The notes under the pieces: generated by a model
Told to the model about the DNA's origin: nothing
Databases searched by the model: none
The model's input: only the letters and a program-made list of their open reading frames with translations
Source: Acidimicrobiales bacterium
Lineage (GTDB): Bacteria > Actinomycetota > Acidimicrobiia > Acidimicrobiales > SZUA-35
Length of the DNA: 64,000 nucleotides
Reading direction: 5' to 3'
Assembly (NCBI GenBank): GCA_965262175.1
Contig: CBDHES010000002.1
Span: forward strand, 2,981,490-3,045,489
Made by a program: the position numbers and the translations under genes
Shown: in pieces, positions 8,490 through 17,748 of the stretch
How positions within the stretch are numbered: the first letter of the stretch is position 1
How the letters are laid out: each line of letters opens with the position of its first letter

Positions 8490-10034
8490 GTGCTGCTCGC
8501 CCGCCTGGCCGAGACCTCGCTGGCCGTCGCTGCCACCTCTTCTCGAACCGCCAAACGGGACCTGCTGGCGGCCACGATCGGCGACCTCGAACCGGATGAG
8601 ATCGAGCCCGCGGTGGGGTTTCTCATCGGCACGCCCCGCCAGGGGGCGATCGGTGTCGGGTGGGCCACCGTGGCCCGGCTGGAGGTCGTACCGGCGGCCG
8701 AACCGACCGTCACCGTCGGTGACCTCGACCAGCTCCTGACCGCGGTCGCCGCCACGACCGGGCCCGGGTCGGTCGCCGCCCGAGGGGAACTGCTGACCGA
8801 CTTCTTCGCCCGGGCCACCGCCCCCGAGCACGAGCTCGTCCGCAGGATCCTGATCGGCGACCTCCGCCAGGGGGCGCTGGAGGGCGTGGTGACCGACGCC
8901 GTGGCCAAGGCGGCCGGGGTCACCCAGCGGGCACTGCGGCGGGCGGTGATGCTCCAGGGGGACCTCCCCCGTACCGCCGTCGTGGCCCTCCGGGAAGGGG
9001 CCGACGCGCTGGCGGCCATCCAGGTCGAGGTGGGTCGGCCGATCCAGCCGATGCTGGCCTCGACGGCGGCCGACGTCGGCGAGGCGATCGACGCCCTGGG
9101 CGAGGTGCACGTCGAGTGGAAGCTCGACGGGGCCCGAATCCAGGTCCACCGGCGAGCCGATCGGGTGGCCATCTACACCCGCAACCTCAACGAGGTGACC
9201 GGCCGACTGCCCCAGGTCGTGGCCCTCGTCCGGTCCTTCGACTGCACCTCGGCGGTCCTCGACGGGGAGATGCTCGGGTTCTTCGCCGAAGAGGACCGCA
9301 CCGACGGCGACCGCACCGAGCAGCCCAGCCCGTTCCAGGACACGATGAGCGTGTTCTCCACCGACGAGCCGTCGTCGGCCGCCGCCGAGGCGCTCCGGCC
9401 GTTCTTCTTCGACCTGATGGTGCTCGACGACGAGCCCCTGATCGACCGTCCGCTGGTGGAGCGGCGGCGGGCGCTCGATCGCCTCGTCGGACCCCACGCC
9501 ATCCCGGCGGTGACGACGACCGAGGCCACCGAGGCCGGACGGTGGCTCGAGGAATCGCTGGCCGCCGGGCACGAGGGGGTGATGGTCAAGGGGCTCGACA
9601 GCCTCTACGAGGCGGGCCGACGGGGCAAGGCGTGGCGGAAGGTGAAACCGGTCCACACCCTCGACCTGGTGGTCCTCGCCGCCGAGTGGGGTCACGGGCG
9701 ACGTCAGGGCTGGCTGTCGAACCTCCACCTCGGAGCCCGGGATCCGGCCACCGGTCGCTTCGAGATGGTGGGCAAGACGTTCAAGGGGATGACCGACGAG
9801 CTGCTGGCGTGGCAGACCGAGCGGTTCCTGGCCCTCAAGATCGACGAGAGCTCCACCGGCCACACCGTCCACGTGGCCCCCGAACTGGTGGTCGAGATCG
9901 CCCTCGACGGGGCCCAGACCTCGACCCGATACCGATCGGGTCTCGCCCTCCGCTTCGCCCGGGTCAAGGGCTACCGGCCCGATCGCGACCCGGCCACCGC
10001 CGACACCCTCGACGCCGTCCGGGCGCTCCTCTGA
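8490..10034 (+). CDS. ATP-dependent DNA ligase (Lig1/LigB-type)
   Basis: Adenylation motif I EWKLDGARIQVH, plus DGEML, GHEGVMVK and WRKVKP motifs. The protein is 514 aa and starts at a GTG. Confidence 0.9.
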   Translation: MLLARLAETSLAVAATSSRTAKRDLLAATIGDLEPDEIEPAVGFLIGTPRQGAIGVGWATVARLEVVPAAEPTVTVGDLDQLLTAVAATTGPGSVAARGELLTDFFARATAPEHELVRRILIGDLRQGALEGVVTDAVAKAAGVTQRALRRAVMLQGDLPRTAVVALREGADALAAIQVEVGRPIQPMLASTAADVGEAIDALGEVHVEWKLDGARIQVHRRADRVAIYTRNLNEVTGRLPQVVALVRSFDCTSAVLDGEMLGFFAEEDRTDGDRTEQPSPFQDTMSVFSTDEPSSAAAEALRPFFFDLMVLDDEPLIDRPLVERRRALDRLVGPHAIPAVTTTEATEAGRWLEESLAAGHEGVMVKGLDSLYEAGRRGKAWRKVKPVHTLDLVVLAAEWGHGRRQGWLSNLHLGARDPATGRFEMVGKTFKGMTDELLAWQTERFLALKIDESSTGHTVHVAPELVVEIALDGAQTSTRYRSGLALRFARVKGYRPDRDPATADTLDAVRALL

Positions 10035-10044
10035 GCGGTGGCCG

Positions 10045-10689
10045 CTACGAGCGGAGGTAGGCCAACACGGCGGTCACCCGCCGATGGCGATCGTCGTCGG
10101 GCGGCAGCCCGAGCTTGGCGAAGATCCGCTGGGTGTGCTTCTCGATGGCGCCGTCGGTGACGACCAGCTCGGCGGCGATCGAGGCGTTCGACCGCCCCTC
10201 GGCCATCAGCCCGAGGACCTCCCGCTCGCGAGGGGTCAGGCTCCCGATCGGATCGGACCGTCGGGACCGGGCCAGGAGCTGGGCCACCACGTCGGGGTCG
10301 ATGGCGCTGCCGCCGGCCGCCACCTCGTCGAGCCGGGCGAGGAACTGGGCCACGTCGGCCACCCGGTCCTTCAGGAGGTAGCCGGTCCCGTCGAGGCCGG
10401 TGGCGAGCAGCTCGTCGGCATAGGACACCTCGACGTACTGGGACAGGACCATGATCCGGGCCTCGGGCCACGTCTGACGGACCTCGACGGCGGCCCGAAG
10501 CCCCTCATCGGTGTTCGACGGGGGCATCCGGACGTCGACGATCGAGCAGTCGGGGCGCTCGTCGAGGGCGGCCGCCACCAGCGACGGGCCGTCGCCGACC
10601 GCCGCCACCACCTCGTGGCCGGCCTCGACGAGCAACAGCTCCAGACCATCCCGGAGGAGGACCGAGTCGTCGGCGATCACCACCCGCAC
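10045..10689 (-). CDS. Two-component response regulator, NarL/LuxR family
   Basis: Receiver domain (MRVVIADDSVLLRDG...DCSIVDVRMPP) and LuxR HTH (LTPREREVLGLMAEGRSNASIAAEL). Confidence 0.9.
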   Translation of the reverse strand: MRVVIADDSVLLRDGLELLLVEAGHEVVAAVGDGPSLVAAALDERPDCSIVDVRMPPSNTDEGLRAAVEVRQTWPEARIMVLSQYVEVSYADELLATGLDGTGYLLKDRVADVAQFLARLDEVAAGGSAIDPDVVAQLLARSRRSDPIGSLTPREREVLGLMAEGRSNASIAAELVVTDGAIEKHTQRIFAKLGLPPDDDRHRRVTAVLAYLRS

Positions 10690-10692
10690 CGA

Positions 10693-11994
10693 TCAGACCC
10701 CCACCGGGATCTCGGCCATGACCACGGTCGGACCCCCGGCCGGTGACAGCACCGTGAGGGTCCCCTCGGCGGCCCGCACCCGGTCCTGGAGGCCGGCCAG
10801 TCCGTGACCCTTGGCCACCGCCGCCCCGCCGGCCCCGTCGTCGTGGACGGTGACTCGCAGGACCGGCCCGTCCAGCTCCAGCTGGATCGTCGCCTCGGCG
10901 GCACCGCTGTGCTTGGCGACGTTGGTCATCGCCTCGGCGACCACGAAGTAGGCGGTCGACTCGACGTGGGGATCGAGGCGGGCGTCGTCGATCCCGAGAT
11001 CGCATCGGGTCGGCACCGGGGAGCGGACCGCCAGCTCCTCGACGGCGCTGCGCAGCCCCCGGTCGGCCAGCACCGGCGGGGCGATCCCCCGCGACAGGGC
11101 CCGGAGCTCGTCGAGGGTGGCCTGGGTCTGACGCTTGGCGTCGTCGAGGGCCTCCCGGACCTCGGGTGGGGCGTCGCCCGCCTTCAGCTGGGCCCGACCG
11201 AGATCCATCGACAACCGGACCAGCCGCTGCTGGGGGCCGTCGTGGATGTCCCGCTCGAGGCGACGTCGGGCGCTCTCCTCGGCCGAGCGGGCGGCCGCCC
11301 TCCCGGCCACCAGATCGTCGATCTGGCGCTGCTGGCGGGACAACCCGACCAGCAGGACCTCGCCGAGCAGACCCCGGATCCGAGCGACGGCCCCAACGCC
11401 GAACGGGAGGGTGGCGGCCGCCACCAACCCGACGGCGGTGTAGAACACCGCCCGGATGGCATAGGAGTCGCCGAGGCCGAGCAGCTCGGGGAGATCGCGA
11501 CTGTCGGGACCCGATGGGAGCAGCCACCCCCACAGGACGAACGTCGAGCCCGAGATGGCCACCGACCACCAGGTGATCACCATCACGAAGGCGACGACCG
11601 CCACCGGGAAGACCACGAGGGCGTGGACGACGTCGAACCACCGTTGGACGTCCCGCAGCGGCGTCGTCAACCGCCGAATCGGTCGGGCGTCGGGATCGGG
11701 CGTGCGATAGACGGGCGGCTCGGGGTCGGCGGCCAGGAGCGAGGCCAGCTGGGCCCGCTCGACCGTGGCGAAACCCTGGGCCAGGTAGAGGGTGAGCACG
11801 AGGATCGGCAGGCCGACGAAGGCGACGACGAGGCCGACGCCGACCGACAGGCCGGTCAGGACGAGGACGAAGGCGATGATCGCCAGCGGGAAGCCGAGGA
11901 GCACGTACGCCGTGTGGCGGAGCAGCAGCTCGAAGCCGGCGACGGCCGCTTCGGACGGATCGGTCCGGAGGGGACGGGTCAGGAGAGGAGTCAT
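10693..11994 (-). CDS. Sensor histidine kinase (HisKA_3 type) with a multi-TM N-terminus
   Basis: H-box RLERDIHDGPQQRLV and an HATPase region (NVAKHSGA...VHDDGAGGA). It lies directly upstream of the regulator gene. Confidence 0.9.
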   Translation of the reverse strand: MTPLLTRPLRTDPSEAAVAGFELLLRHTAYVLLGFPLAIIAFVLVLTGLSVGVGLVVAFVGLPILVLTLYLAQGFATVERAQLASLLAADPEPPVYRTPDPDARPIRRLTTPLRDVQRWFDVVHALVVFPVAVVAFVMVITWWSVAISGSTFVLWGWLLPSGPDSRDLPELLGLGDSYAIRAVFYTAVGLVAAATLPFGVGAVARIRGLLGEVLLVGLSRQQRQIDDLVAGRAAARSAEESARRRLERDIHDGPQQRLVRLSMDLGRAQLKAGDAPPEVREALDDAKRQTQATLDELRALSRGIAPPVLADRGLRSAVEELAVRSPVPTRCDLGIDDARLDPHVESTAYFVVAEAMTNVAKHSGAAEATIQLELDGPVLRVTVHDDGAGGAAVAKGHGLAGLQDRVRAAEGTLTVLSPAGGPTVVMAEIPVGV

Positions 11995-12092
11995 GGGTCT
12001 GACCGTAGGAAAGCACCTCGGAGCGCTGGAATCCCGCCCGCTGGCGTCATCGTGGTCGGGCTGGCCCGACCTTCCAACTCCGTGAGGTAGGT

Positions 12093-12300
12093 GTCACGTG
12101 GAGGCGGCCCGGCCGGAGCTGGACCGCCTCCACATGACGGCGGCGAACAGCCGACGCTTGGGCACGAAGGCTGCTGCAGGCTGGGAAGCCCTTGGCGGAG
12201 ATAGCTTCCCAACACACTTCGTTCTAGCTTTGCCGAGGCCGATTCACAAGGTCCAAAGGCCCATTTTCGATGGGCCCTTGCCACGCCTCGGCTGGCAAAC
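12093..12300 (+). promoter_or_regulatory. Structured, lower-GC divergent intergenic region upstream of ltaE (candidate cis-regulatory RNA or operator region)
   Basis: There is a 15-bp hairpin with one mismatch at 12093-12107/12124-12138, and a gggaagc/gcttccc hairpin at 12183-12210. There are also nested stems: gccgaggc/gcctcggc (12232-12239/12285-12292) enclosing aaggcccat/atgggcc(c)tt. Confidence 0.2.
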
Positions 12301-12308
12301 TGACCATC

Positions 12309-13310
12309 GTGATCGATCTCCGCTCCGACACCGTGACCCGCCCCGGCCCCGAAATGAGGAAGGTCGTCGCCGATGCCGTGGTCGGTGACGACGTCTGGGG
12401 AGACGATCCGACCGTCACCGACCTGGAGGCGACGACCGCCTCCCTCCTCGGCAAGGAGGCCGGGCTCTTCGTCTCATCGGGCACCCAGGGCAACCTGTGC
12501 GCGCTGATGGCCCACTGCCAGCGGGGCGACGAGTACCTGGTCGGCGAGGGGGCCCACACCTACCGCTACGAGGCCGGCGGCGCCGCCGTGCTGGCCAGCA
12601 TCCAGCCCCAACCGGTGCGAACCCTCCCCGACGGCCGGCTCGACCTCGACCACGCAGCGTCGGTCATCAAGCCCGACGACCCCCACTTCGCGGTGACCAA
12701 GCTCCTCTGCGTCGAGAACACCCACGACGGCAAGGTCCTCCCGCTCGAGTTCGGCTCGGAGGCGGCGGCGTTGGCCGCGGCCAACGGCCTGGCCCTGCAC
12801 CTCGACGGGGCCCGGTTGTGGAACGCCGCCGTGGCGCTCGACGTCGAACCGGCGGCGGTCGCCGCACCGTTCGACTCGGCCTCGGTCTGTCTGTCGAAGG
12901 GGTTGGGGGCACCGATGGGGTCGGTGCTGGTCGGCTCCGAGGAACTGATCGGTCGAGCCCGTCGACACCGCAAGATCCTGGGTGGCGGCCTCCGCCAGGC
13001 GGGCATGATGGCCGCCGCCGGGATCTACGCCCTGGAGCACCACCGGCACCGCCTGGCCGACGACCACCGCAACGCCGAACGGCTGGCGGCCGGCCTCGGC
13101 GACCTCCCGGGTGTGACGATCGAGGGCCAGGCGACCAATATGGTGTTCGTCGCGTTCGAGGCCGACCCGGCCCCGGTCATCGCGGCGTGCACCGACAACG
13201 ACATCCTGATCGCCGTCTCCGGCACCCGATCCCGTATGGTCACCCACCTCGACGTCACGGCCGCCGAGGTGGAGCAGGTCATCGAGGTCGTCGCCCGGAC
13301 GGTGAACTGA
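12309..13310 (+). CDS. ltaE: Low-specificity L-threonine aldolase
   Basis: IDLRSDTVTRP...VGDDVWGDDPTV...SGTQGNLCAL...CLSKGLGAPMGS (PLP lysine region). GTG 12309 gives the family-typical N-terminus. ATG 12270 is the alternative start. Confidence 0.85.
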   Translation: MIDLRSDTVTRPGPEMRKVVADAVVGDDVWGDDPTVTDLEATTASLLGKEAGLFVSSGTQGNLCALMAHCQRGDEYLVGEGAHTYRYEAGGAAVLASIQPQPVRTLPDGRLDLDHAASVIKPDDPHFAVTKLLCVENTHDGKVLPLEFGSEAAALAAANGLALHLDGARLWNAAVALDVEPAAVAAPFDSASVCLSKGLGAPMGSVLVGSEELIGRARRHRKILGGGLRQAGMMAAAGIYALEHHRHRLADDHRNAERLAAGLGDLPGVTIEGQATNMVFVAFEADPAPVIAACTDNDILIAVSGTRSRMVTHLDVTAAEVEQVIEVVARTVN

Positions 13311-13335
13311 GTCCGATCCCCCTGACCGCACCCTG

Positions 13336-15009
13336 ATGACGAGAGAGACCTCGATGGCAGAGCGAACCGACGGCCGGCCCGATCCGAGCCCCGAGTACAC
13401 GGCCTACCGGGAGGCCTACGAGGCATCCCGGCTGCGGGACATCCCCTTCGAGACGATGTCGGGCGTACCGGTCGAGCCCGTGTACGGCGACGCCCCGTAC
13501 CCCGGCCAGTACCCCTACACCCGGGGTGTCTACCCGTCGATGTACCGGTCCCGGCTGTGGACGATGCGGATGTTCGCCGGGTTCGGCACCGCCGAGGACA
13601 CCAACGGCCGGTTCAAGGAGCTGATGGCCAACGGCGTGATGGGGTTGTCGACGGCCTTCGACATGCCGACCCTGATGGGCCGAGACTCCGACTCGCCATG
13701 GTCGACGGGCGAGGTCGGCCGGGCCGGGGTGGCCATCGACACCCTCTCCGACATGGAGGATCTCTTCGCCGACATCGACCTCGGCTCGGTGTCGACCTCG
13801 ATGACGATCAACGGGCCGGCGGCGGTCGCCCTGGCGATGTACGTGGCCGTAGCCGAGAAGAGCGGCGTCGCCCGCGGCGATCTGGCCGGCACGATCCAGA
13901 ACGACATCTTCAAGGAGTACCAGGCCCAGAAGGAGTACATCTACCCGCCCCGGCCGTCGGTCAGGATCGTCACCGACATGATCCGCTTCACCGCGGCCGA
14001 GATGCCCCGATGGCATCCGGTGTCGATCTCCGGGTACCACATCCGGGAGGCGGGCAGCACTGCGGCCCAGGAGCTGGCCTTCACCCTGGCCAACGGGTTC
14101 GCCTACGTCGAGGCGGCGATGGCGGCCGGGGTCGACGTCGACACGTTCGCCCCCCGGCTCAGCTTCTTCTTCAACTCCCACAGCGACTTCTTCGAGGAGA
14201 TCGGGAAGTTCCGGGCCGCTCGCCGCATCTGGGCCCGGTGGATGAAGGAGCGGTACGGCGCGGAGAGCGAACGGTCGCTGCTGTGCCGGTTCCACACCCA
14301 GACCGCCGGGGTGTCGCTCACCGCCCAACAGCCGGAGATCAACATCGCCCGGGTGGCGATCCAGGCGTTGGCCGGGGTGCTGGGCGGGACCCAGAGCCTC
14401 CACACCGACTCCTACGACGAGGCCCTGGCCCTCCCGACCGAGGACGCGGCCCGCATCGCCCTCCGGACCCAGCAGATCGTGGCCCACGAGACCGGGGCGG
14501 CGATCGTCGCCGACCCCCTCGGGGGAGCCCCTTTCGTCGAGTGGATGACCGACGAGATGGAGCGGCAGGCCGAGGCGATCTTCGCCCACCTCGACGACCT
14601 GGGCAACGGGTCGATCCTCGAGGGGGTCTACACCGGAATCGAGAACGGCTACTTCGTCGGCGAGATCGCCGACGCCGCGTACCGGTTCGAGCGGGAGGTC
14701 AACGCCGGGCGCCGCATCATCGTCGGGGTCAACGAGTTCACCGAGGGTGACGATGGTGAGGGCGACATCCTCCGGATCGGGGCCGAGGTCGAGGAGTACC
14801 AGCTGAAGCGGCTGGCCGACGTGAAGCAGTCCCGGAACGACGAGGCGGTGGCCGCCGCCCTGGCCGAGGTCCGAGCGGTGGCGGCCGACCCGACCCGCAA
14901 CGTGGTGCCCCCGATCGTCGACGCGGTGAAGACCTACGCCACGCTCGAGGAGATCTCCATGGCCATGGAGGCCGAGTTCGGCACCTACGTCGAGAAGGCG
15001 ATCATATGA
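13336..15009 (+). CDS. Adenosylcobalamin-dependent acyl-CoA mutase large (substrate-binding) subunit, isobutyryl-CoA mutase-like
   Basis: A 557-aa TIM-barrel mutase subunit lacking the B12 domain. Motifs: WTMRMFAGFGT, GLSTAFDMPTLMGRDSD, KEYQAQKEYIYPP, SISGYHIREAG. Confidence 0.85.
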   Translation: MTRETSMAERTDGRPDPSPEYTAYREAYEASRLRDIPFETMSGVPVEPVYGDAPYPGQYPYTRGVYPSMYRSRLWTMRMFAGFGTAEDTNGRFKELMANGVMGLSTAFDMPTLMGRDSDSPWSTGEVGRAGVAIDTLSDMEDLFADIDLGSVSTSMTINGPAAVALAMYVAVAEKSGVARGDLAGTIQNDIFKEYQAQKEYIYPPRPSVRIVTDMIRFTAAEMPRWHPVSISGYHIREAGSTAAQELAFTLANGFAYVEAAMAAGVDVDTFAPRLSFFFNSHSDFFEEIGKFRAARRIWARWMKERYGAESERSLLCRFHTQTAGVSLTAQQPEINIARVAIQALAGVLGGTQSLHTDSYDEALALPTEDAARIALRTQQIVAHETGAAIVADPLGGAPFVEWMTDEMERQAEAIFAHLDDLGNGSILEGVYTGIENGYFVGEIADAAYRFEREVNAGRRIIVGVNEFTEGDDGEGDILRIGAEVEEYQLKRLADVKQSRNDEAVAAALAEVRAVAADPTRNVVPPIVDAVKTYATLEEISMAMEAEFGTYVEKAII

Positions 15010-15449
15010 CCGATCAGCTCAGCGCCGACCAACGAACGGACGCCCCGACCCCGACCGAGGTCCGCGTCATCCTGGCCAAGCTCGGTCTCGATGGCCACGA
15101 CCGGGGCCTCAAGGTCGTGGCCCGGATCCTTCGGGACGCCGGCATGGAGGTCATCTACCTCGGCCTGCGGCAGACGACCGACTCGATCGTCGCCGCCGCC
15201 GAGCAGGAGGACGCCGACGCCATCGGGCTGTCGATGCACAACGCCGGTCACATGACGCTGGCCCCGATGATGCTGGAGGCGCTCGACACCGCTGGCCTGT
15301 CGATCCCGCTCGTCGTCGGCGGGATCGTCCCCACCGACGACGTGCAACCCCTGCTCGACGCCGGCGTCTCGGCGGTGCTGGGGCCGGGAGCGTCGGCCGA
15401 GGAGGTGGCCCGGACGGTGCGGGACGCGGTCGCAGCCCATGCCGGCTGA
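15006..15449 (+). CDS. Acyl-CoA mutase small subunit (cobalamin-binding domain)
   Basis: DxHxxG motif (LDGHDRGLKVVARILRDAGMEVIYLG). There is a 4-nt start/stop overlap with the large subunit gene. Confidence 0.9.
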   Translation: MTDQLSADQRTDAPTPTEVRVILAKLGLDGHDRGLKVVARILRDAGMEVIYLGLRQTTDSIVAAAEQEDADAIGLSMHNAGHMTLAPMMLEALDTAGLSIPLVVGGIVPTDDVQPLLDAGVSAVLGPGASAEEVARTVRDAVAAHAG

Positions 15450-16515
15450 GCCGGGGGTCACCACACCGAGTGGCTCGTTCGCCCCGGCGACGAACGGCAC
15501 CCGGGCCCGATCGGCCCGCCACCGGGATCCGGCCGAGCTCTACCGAGCAGCCCGGGACGGCGAGCGACGGGCCCTCGGCCGGCTGCTGACCCTGGTCGAG
15601 CGGGGCGGTCCGCCGGCCGACCAGATCAGCGAGCTGGCCCACCCCGACGCCGGTCGGGCCCACATCGTGGGGATCACCGGAGCGCCGGGCGCCGGCAAGT
15701 CGACCCTGACCGGGCAGCTCGTGTCGCTCATCGCCGACGGAGGCCAGCGGCCGGCGGTGTTGGCCGTCGACCCGTCGTCGCCCTTGACCGGCGGGGCGAT
15801 CCTCGGCGATCGGATCCGGATGGATGGCGAGACGATCGACGAGCGGGCCTTCATCCGGTCGATGGCCACCCGAGGCCATTCCGGGGGGTTGGCGCTGGCC
15901 GTTCCTCTGGCGGTTCGGCTCTTCGACGCCATGGGCTACGACCCCGTGATCATCGAGACCGTCGGGGTCGGCCAGGTCGAGGTCGACGTCGTCGGTGCGG
16001 CCGACACCGCCCTGGTGGTGGTGACACCGGGGATGGGCGACGCCGTCCAGGCCAACAAGGCCGGCCTGCTCGAGGTGGCCGACGTGTTCGTGGTCAACAA
16101 GGCCGACCGGCCGGGAGCCAACGACGTCCGACGGGACCTCGACCTGATGCTGGATCTCAGCCACCTGACCGGTCAGGAGTCCGACGACGGCTACCGTCCG
16201 CCGATCGTGATGAGCTCGGCCCTCGACGGGACCGGAGCCCAGGACGTGCTGGATGCGGCCGTGGCCCACCGCCGATACCTCGAGGACAGCGGCCTCCGGG
16301 ACCGTCGCCGCCGGCAGCGCATCCGGACCGAGGTGCAGGCCCGGATGGAGCAGCACCTCATCGCCTTGACCGACCGGCTCTTGTCTTCCGAGGCTGGGGC
16401 GGAGATCCTGGAGGAGGCGAACAACGGCGTGATCCCACCGACCAGGGCCAGTTCAGCCCTCCTCGACCACCTCCTCCACCGACCGCCTCCTCAACCCCAG
16501 GGAGAATCCCGATGA
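15439..16515 (+). CDS. meaB: MeaB/ArgK-type G3E GTPase (mutase chaperone)
   Basis: P-loop GITGAPGAGKSTL, plus IIETVGVGQ and VVNKADR motifs. It overlaps the mutase small subunit gene. Confidence 0.9.
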   Translation: MPAEPGVTTPSGSFAPATNGTRARSARHRDPAELYRAARDGERRALGRLLTLVERGGPPADQISELAHPDAGRAHIVGITGAPGAGKSTLTGQLVSLIADGGQRPAVLAVDPSSPLTGGAILGDRIRMDGETIDERAFIRSMATRGHSGGLALAVPLAVRLFDAMGYDPVIIETVGVGQVEVDVVGAADTALVVVTPGMGDAVQANKAGLLEVADVFVVNKADRPGANDVRRDLDLMLDLSHLTGQESDDGYRPPIVMSSALDGTGAQDVLDAAVAHRRYLEDSGLRDRRRRQRIRTEVQARMEQHLIALTDRLLSSEAGAEILEEANNGVIPPTRASSALLDHLLHRPPPQPQGESR

Positions 16516-17711
16516 GCACGAACCCCGCACCCGTCTACCTCGTCGACGGCGCCCGAACCCCGATCGGGCGGTTCAACGGCAGCCTGGCCTCGTTCTCGGT
16601 CACCGACCTCGGCGGGAAGGCGATCGCCGCCGCGCTGGACGCCGCCGGTGTCGGCGCCGAACACGTCGATCACGTCGTGATGGGCCACGTGCTCGGGGCC
16701 GGGGCCGGCCAGTCGGCGGCCCGCAACGCCAGCGTCAAGGGCGGCGTCGGGATGGACGTCCCGGCCGTCACGGTCAACAAGGTCTGCCTCTCGGGCCTTC
16801 AGGCCATCAACTACGGCTGGATGCTGATCGCCACCGGTCAGGCCGACGTCGTCGTCGCCGGCGGTATGGAGTCGATGACCCAGGCCCCGTACCTGCTCCC
16901 CAAGGCCCGCAGCGGCTACGGCTACGGCCATGGAGAGCTCGTCGACTCGTTGATGTACGACGGGTTGACCTGCTCGATCGAGTCGGTGCTGATGGGCGAG
17001 GGGACCGACACCTACGCCAAGGCGGCCAGCCTGTCCCGCGATGCCCAGGACGCCTACGCCGCCGAATCGCATGAGCGGGCGGCCCGGGCCATCAAGGACG
17101 GCCTGTTCGACAGCGAGGTGTTCGCCGTCGAGATCCCCCAGCGCAAGGGTGATCCGATCACCTTCGCCGAGGACGAGGGGGTCCGCCCGGGGACCGACAC
17201 CGACTCGTTGAGCGGGCTGCGGCCGGCGTTCGTGTCCGACGGCACGGTGACCGCCGGCAACGCCTCGCAGCTGTCGGACGGGGCCTCGGCCACCGTGCTC
17301 GCATCGGCCGCCGCCGCCGAGCGCCTCGGGTTGTCGCCGATCGCCGAGCTGATGGCGTTCGGCCACGTGGCCGGGCCCGACAACTGTTCGCTGCTCCACC
17401 AGCCGTCGCGGGCCATCTCGGTCGCCCTCGACCGGGCCGGCCTGACCGCCGGCGACGTCGACCTGTTCGAGATCAACGAGGCGTTCGCCGCGGTCGCCCT
17501 CGGATCGGTCGACGAGTTGGGCGTCAGCACCGACATCGTCAACGTCAACGGTGGGGCGATCGCCCTCGGCCACCCGATCGGGATGTCCGGCAATCGGCTC
17601 GCCCTCACCGCAGCCCATGAGCTTCGCCGCCGGGGCGGAGGCATCGCCGCCGCCGGCCTCTGCGGTGGTGGCGGCCAGGGAGACGCCGCCATCCTCAAGG
17701 TCGCCGGATAG
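16512..17711 (+). CDS. Acetyl-CoA C-acetyltransferase (thiolase II)
   Basis: VNKVCLSGLQA (active-site Cys), NVNGGAIALGHPIGMSG and GLCGGGGQG motifs. ATGA overlap with meaB. Confidence 0.9.
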   Translation: MSTNPAPVYLVDGARTPIGRFNGSLASFSVTDLGGKAIAAALDAAGVGAEHVDHVVMGHVLGAGAGQSAARNASVKGGVGMDVPAVTVNKVCLSGLQAINYGWMLIATGQADVVVAGGMESMTQAPYLLPKARSGYGYGHGELVDSLMYDGLTCSIESVLMGEGTDTYAKAASLSRDAQDAYAAESHERAARAIKDGLFDSEVFAVEIPQRKGDPITFAEDEGVRPGTDTDSLSGLRPAFVSDGTVTAGNASQLSDGASATVLASAAAAERLGLSPIAELMAFGHVAGPDNCSLLHQPSRAISVALDRAGLTAGDVDLFEINEAFAAVALGSVDELGVSTDIVNVNGGAIALGHPIGMSGNRLALTAAHELRRRGGGIAAAGLCGGGGQGDAAILKVAG

Positions 17712-17748
17712 GCGAGCCGGTCGCCGCCGGGTAGGCGAGCCGGTCGCC

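Noticed and set aside
8253-9872. Long antisense or alternative-frame ORFs. Examples: 8253..9872(-) opposite the DNA ligase, 35322..37874(-) opposite the GT fusion, 43632..45407(+) opposite dnaB, 21344..22966(+) opposite lpd, 16491..17816(-) opposite the thiolase, and 10505..12016(-).
   Set aside because: Their translations are Arg/Pro/Gly/Asp-rich low-complexity strings with no motifs. Each overlaps a frame with clear family signatures. These are the shadow ORFs expected at ~70% GC.
12091-12106. A parS-like sequence around gtgtcacgtggagg.
   Set aside because: Only the central TCACGTG matches the TGTTTCACGTGAAACA consensus, and the flanking arms do not. The sequence is better explained as the left arm of a hairpin.
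12093-12308. A cobalamin (AdoCbl) or glycine riboswitch upstream of the ltaE / B12-dependent mutase operon.
   Set aside because: I could not find a B12-box-like core (GCCACTG context) or the glycine riboswitch conserved cores. A B12 riboswitch in front of a B12-dependent enzyme would also be functionally atypical. I kept the region only as an unclassified structured region.
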